Source: Patescibacteria group bacterium | GTDB lineage: Bacteria; Patescibacteriota; Patescibacteriia; Patescibacteriales; WJLG01 | Direction of reading: 5' to 3' | Assembly (NCBI GenBank): GCA_028707065.1 | Contig: JAQTUZ010000004.1 | Span: 6,656 to 70,655 of the forward strand | DNA length: 64,000 bases | Part shown: positions 62,523 to 64,000 of the stretch, in pieces | Layout of the letters: each line of letters begins with the position of its first letter | Position numbering within the stretch: the stretch's first letter is position 1 | Made by a program: the position numbers and the translations under genes | Notes under the pieces: model-generated | Told to the model about the DNA's origin: nothing | The model's database searches: none | The model's input: only the letters and a program-made list of their open reading frames with translations

Positions 62523-62657
62523 ATCAAGCGAAGCGAGCGAAATAATCCCGCGACAGCGGAGATTATTTCCGAGCGAGCGATGATAAATACTTCGTCCGGC
62601 GGCACGCGAGGATACCTTTCAGAAAAGATGGGTGCGGGGATTGCCTTGCGCTTGATA
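62522..62657 (+). repeat. copy 3 of the ~136-nt structured intergenic element
   Basis: Terminal inverted repeat TATCAAGCG…CGCTTGATA. Internal hairpins are GAAATAATCCCGC-GACA-GCGGAGATTATTTC, CTTCGTCC…GCGAGG and GCGGGG-ATTG-CCTTGC. Confidence 0.85.
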
Positions 62658-62752
62658 CCATTCGTTTGTTATAATTATCTTGGTTCATTCAGCCCCTTTT
62701 CTGGCATGAAAAGGGATATCCGCATTTCAACCCCTTTAAAGAGAGGTGAATT

Positions 62753-62830
62753 ATGCTTCACTTTACCATCGGCCAAAACATTGGCCCTCCGGCGATCATA
62801 GTCGCCAAAAAAACAGCGCGCATCAAATAA
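62753..62830 (+). CDS. possible 25-aa micropeptide (MLHFTIGQNIGPPAIIVAKKTARIK)
   Basis: Strong SD AGAGAGGTG 4-5 nt upstream of the ATG, followed by its own terminator. Too short to support further. Confidence 0.25.
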   Translation: MLHFTIGQNIGPPAIIVAKKTARIK

Positions 62831-62853
62831 GAAAAAAGTGCGTGGTGTTGGTC

Positions 62854-62903
62854 GGGTTCTGGCTAAGCGAAGCAATCGCTTGGACAGAACCCCCTATTTT
62901 TTT
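62854..62903 (+). terminator. intrinsic terminator
   Basis: GGGTTCTG-N23-CAGAACCC followed by CTATTTTTTT. Confidence 0.8.
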
Positions 62904-62909
62904 ACACGC

Positions 62910-62937
62910 TTGATCGGTGGAAAAAAATTGCTACAAT
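62910..62937 (+). promoter_or_regulatory. sigma-70 promoter (TTGATC-N16-TGcTACAAT)
   Basis: Read directly. It drives a ~300-nt unit holding only two tiny overlapping ORFs (17 and 15 codons, ATGA overlap). Confidence 0.55.
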
Positions 62938-63219
62938 TATATTCTGTTCCTTTGCTCATTATTATTTAAATTTATCTAAATATTATCCCCTGTAAAAAGG
63001 GGAGTTGGCAATAAACCTTCCACTTTCAAAAATAGAAAGGACAACCGTCTATGATTGTATCGATCAGCACGTCACAAGCGGCCGCCAAAACGCAAACCGC
63101 ATGAAGAAGCCGGCGTTACCAATGAAAGGGGAAAAAGATGAGGCATAAACACCCTCTGCCAAGGGATTCTCCCTAGGAAAATAGTGTCGGAATATATCCG
63201 ATAGTTAGGGCAAATTCGG

Positions 63220-63254
63220 CGGAAGCAAGACTAAGGTCTTCGCTTCCGTTTTTT
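63220..63254 (+). terminator. intrinsic terminator
   Basis: CGGAAGCAAGAC-TAAG-GTCTTCGCTTCCG followed by TTTTTT. Confidence 0.8.
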
Positions 63255-63265
63255 AAAATGTGGTA

Positions 63266-63294
63266 TTGACAAATTTTATAGAATGTGATAATGT
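63266..63294 (+). promoter_or_regulatory. consensus sigma-70 promoter (TTGACA-N17-TGaTAATGT)
   Basis: Read directly, 12 nt after the preceding terminator. Confidence 0.65.
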
Positions 63295-63334
63295 TAAAAT
63301 ACGAACGTTGAAAAGATTATAGCCGGTTTTAGAG

Positions 63335-63363
63335 CCACTGGGAAGGCGTCCCAATGGTTTTTT
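63335..63363 (+). terminator. early hairpin plus T-run (attenuator-like) ~40 nt after the predicted transcription start
   Basis: CCACTGGGA-AGGCG-TCCCAATGG (one C/A mismatch) followed by TTTTTT. Confidence 0.5.
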
Positions 63364-63885
63364 GTTCCACCTTAACTATCCCAACCCAGCGCGGGTGCCG
63401 GATAATAGAAAGAGAAAGCATACATTCGCCGCCTGTTTTCATTGTTTCGGTAAACACATTTTCTCAACACGGGCCACGGACCTACTGTGGACACAGGAAG
63501 CAGTGGGGCCAGTTCTGTACCGGCAGGAACTAAAATACTTGTCCGGACATTGTTGCCTGCACTCCCCATCGGGACCCCGCACGGGCGGTAAACCGAGGCT
63601 CCAGGCAACGCGATGCGCAATCGACAATCGCCGCCACCAACGACATCATTTCCTGCGGCGACGCGCAAAACCTCGTTCCTTTAATGCGCGCTACGTTCTG
63701 TCGATATGAAGAACGAGCAATTCCAACCACGAAATCCAATCCCGGGCTAACGTGACATTGGCCCAAAGGAAAGGGACATCATGCGAAGAAAATTCGCCTA
63801 TGAAAGTCGAGCAGCGCCGCAGGCACTGACATCCTGAATCTTCAGGGGCAGCAACCTGCAAGGCTGACTGTCTACGATAGCATAC

Positions 63886-63922
63886 GGGAGCGAGATTGAT
63901 CTAATCAACTCGCTCCTTTTTT
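63886..63922 (+). terminator. intrinsic terminator
   Basis: GGAGCGAG(A)TTGAT-CTA-ATCAACTCGCTCC followed by TTTTTT. Confidence 0.85.
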
Positions 63923-64000
63923 AATATCCAATATCAAATAATAAATATCAAAAAAATATTATAATATTTAAATATTTTTTAATATATCGGTTATTTGATA

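Larger units (their letters stand above)
63296..63922 (+). ncRNA. candidate large structured non-coding RNA (~600 nt), class unknown
   Basis: Consensus promoter upstream and strong terminator downstream. It looks GC-richer than the flanks by eye, with many local helices (for example TCGCCGC…GCGGCGA, CTCGTTC…GAACGAG, GCGAA-GAAAA-TTCGC). The only ORFs are Arg/Cys/His-rich and not protein-like. Confidence 0.4.

Noticed and set aside
63323-63334. The string GGTTTTAGAGCC resembles the start of a type II CRISPR repeat or tracrRNA anti-repeat.
   Set aside because: It is a single occurrence of ~10 nt. No repeat array and no cas9 are in the window, so chance similarity is most likely.
63362-63709. 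115-aa plus-strand ORF, and the 98-, 78- and 62-aa minus-strand ORFs in the same region.
   Set aside because: Their Arg/Cys/His/Pro-rich composition is not protein-like. They have no SD and overlap one another in several frames, which is expected by chance in a GC-richer non-coding segment.
63296-63922. Identification of the structured region as RNase P RNA, tmRNA, SRP RNA or a cobalamin riboswitch.
   Set aside because: RNase P-like strings are present but in an order incompatible with the P4 helix, and no GAGGAAAGUCC / ACAGAA…GGCUUA pair could be built. There is no tRNA-like T-arm or CCA-type 3' end for tmRNA. Only a GGAAGCAG fragment resembles SRP helix 8. GCCACTGGGAAGGC recalls two cobalamin-riboswitch motifs, but they are fused without the intervening stem and no downstream gene follows. 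It is left as unknown class.
1-64000. Alternative genetic code (UGA recoding, as in some candidate phyla), or programmed frameshifts.
   Set aside because: All family-assignable genes are full length under the standard bacterial code, with TGA, TAA and TAG all used as stops at expected ends. No split genes were seen.

Overview
The window reads as a gene-dense bacterial chromosomal segment of about 48 supportable CDS. I recognised no rRNA, tRNA or CRISPR array. Standard code 11 gives long intact ORFs. The gene content suggests a Patescibacteria/CPR-like (Parcubacteria-type) organism, but that is an inference I cannot test without searches. The supporting content is a type IV pilus cluster with giant pseudopilins, a lamin-tail-domain surface protein, many small secreted or membrane ORFans, and word-like AT-rich palindromes in most intergenic gaps. 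Main blocks: (1) a minus-strand type IV pilus operon, pilB-pilC-three pseudopilin/PilX-like genes-pilM-pilN-pilO, at 1.7-11.6 kb. (2) An LTD/PKD/OB-fold surface protein, rmlC/rmlD, ftsK, and a 1362-aa repeat-containing ORFan. (3) Three tandem paralogous small secreted proteins, an MBL hydrolase, and gyrA. (4) A BNR/propeller-repeat protein, rpsP plus a KH-domain protein, and a beta-helix/Fn3 exoprotein. (5) A 1013-aa protein made of two complete GspE/PilB ATPase modules fused in tandem, followed by translin-like and PurM-like genes. (6) A sigma-70/ECF-type factor translationally adjacent to an 1857-aa alpha-2-macroglobulin-like protein that carries an intein-like Hint domain (non-nucleophilic +1 residue) exactly where the bait region lies. 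(7) An operon of a Memo-CapA fusion, a permease, a metallophosphoesterase and an IMPase. (8) A 1.6-kb ORF-poor island at the right end, with four consensus promoter/terminator units and a candidate ~600-nt structured RNA. Several repeat families are also visible. One is a codon-symmetric GC-rich palindrome (CCCCTCCTT...AAGGAGGGG) found intergenically and inserted in frame in at least three places in coding sequence. Another is a ~136-nt structured element in three copies, each directly after an intrinsic terminator. A third is a set of duplicated terminators and palindromes bracketing single-gene cassettes. All functional calls come from reading motifs in the translations, and none has been verified by database search.
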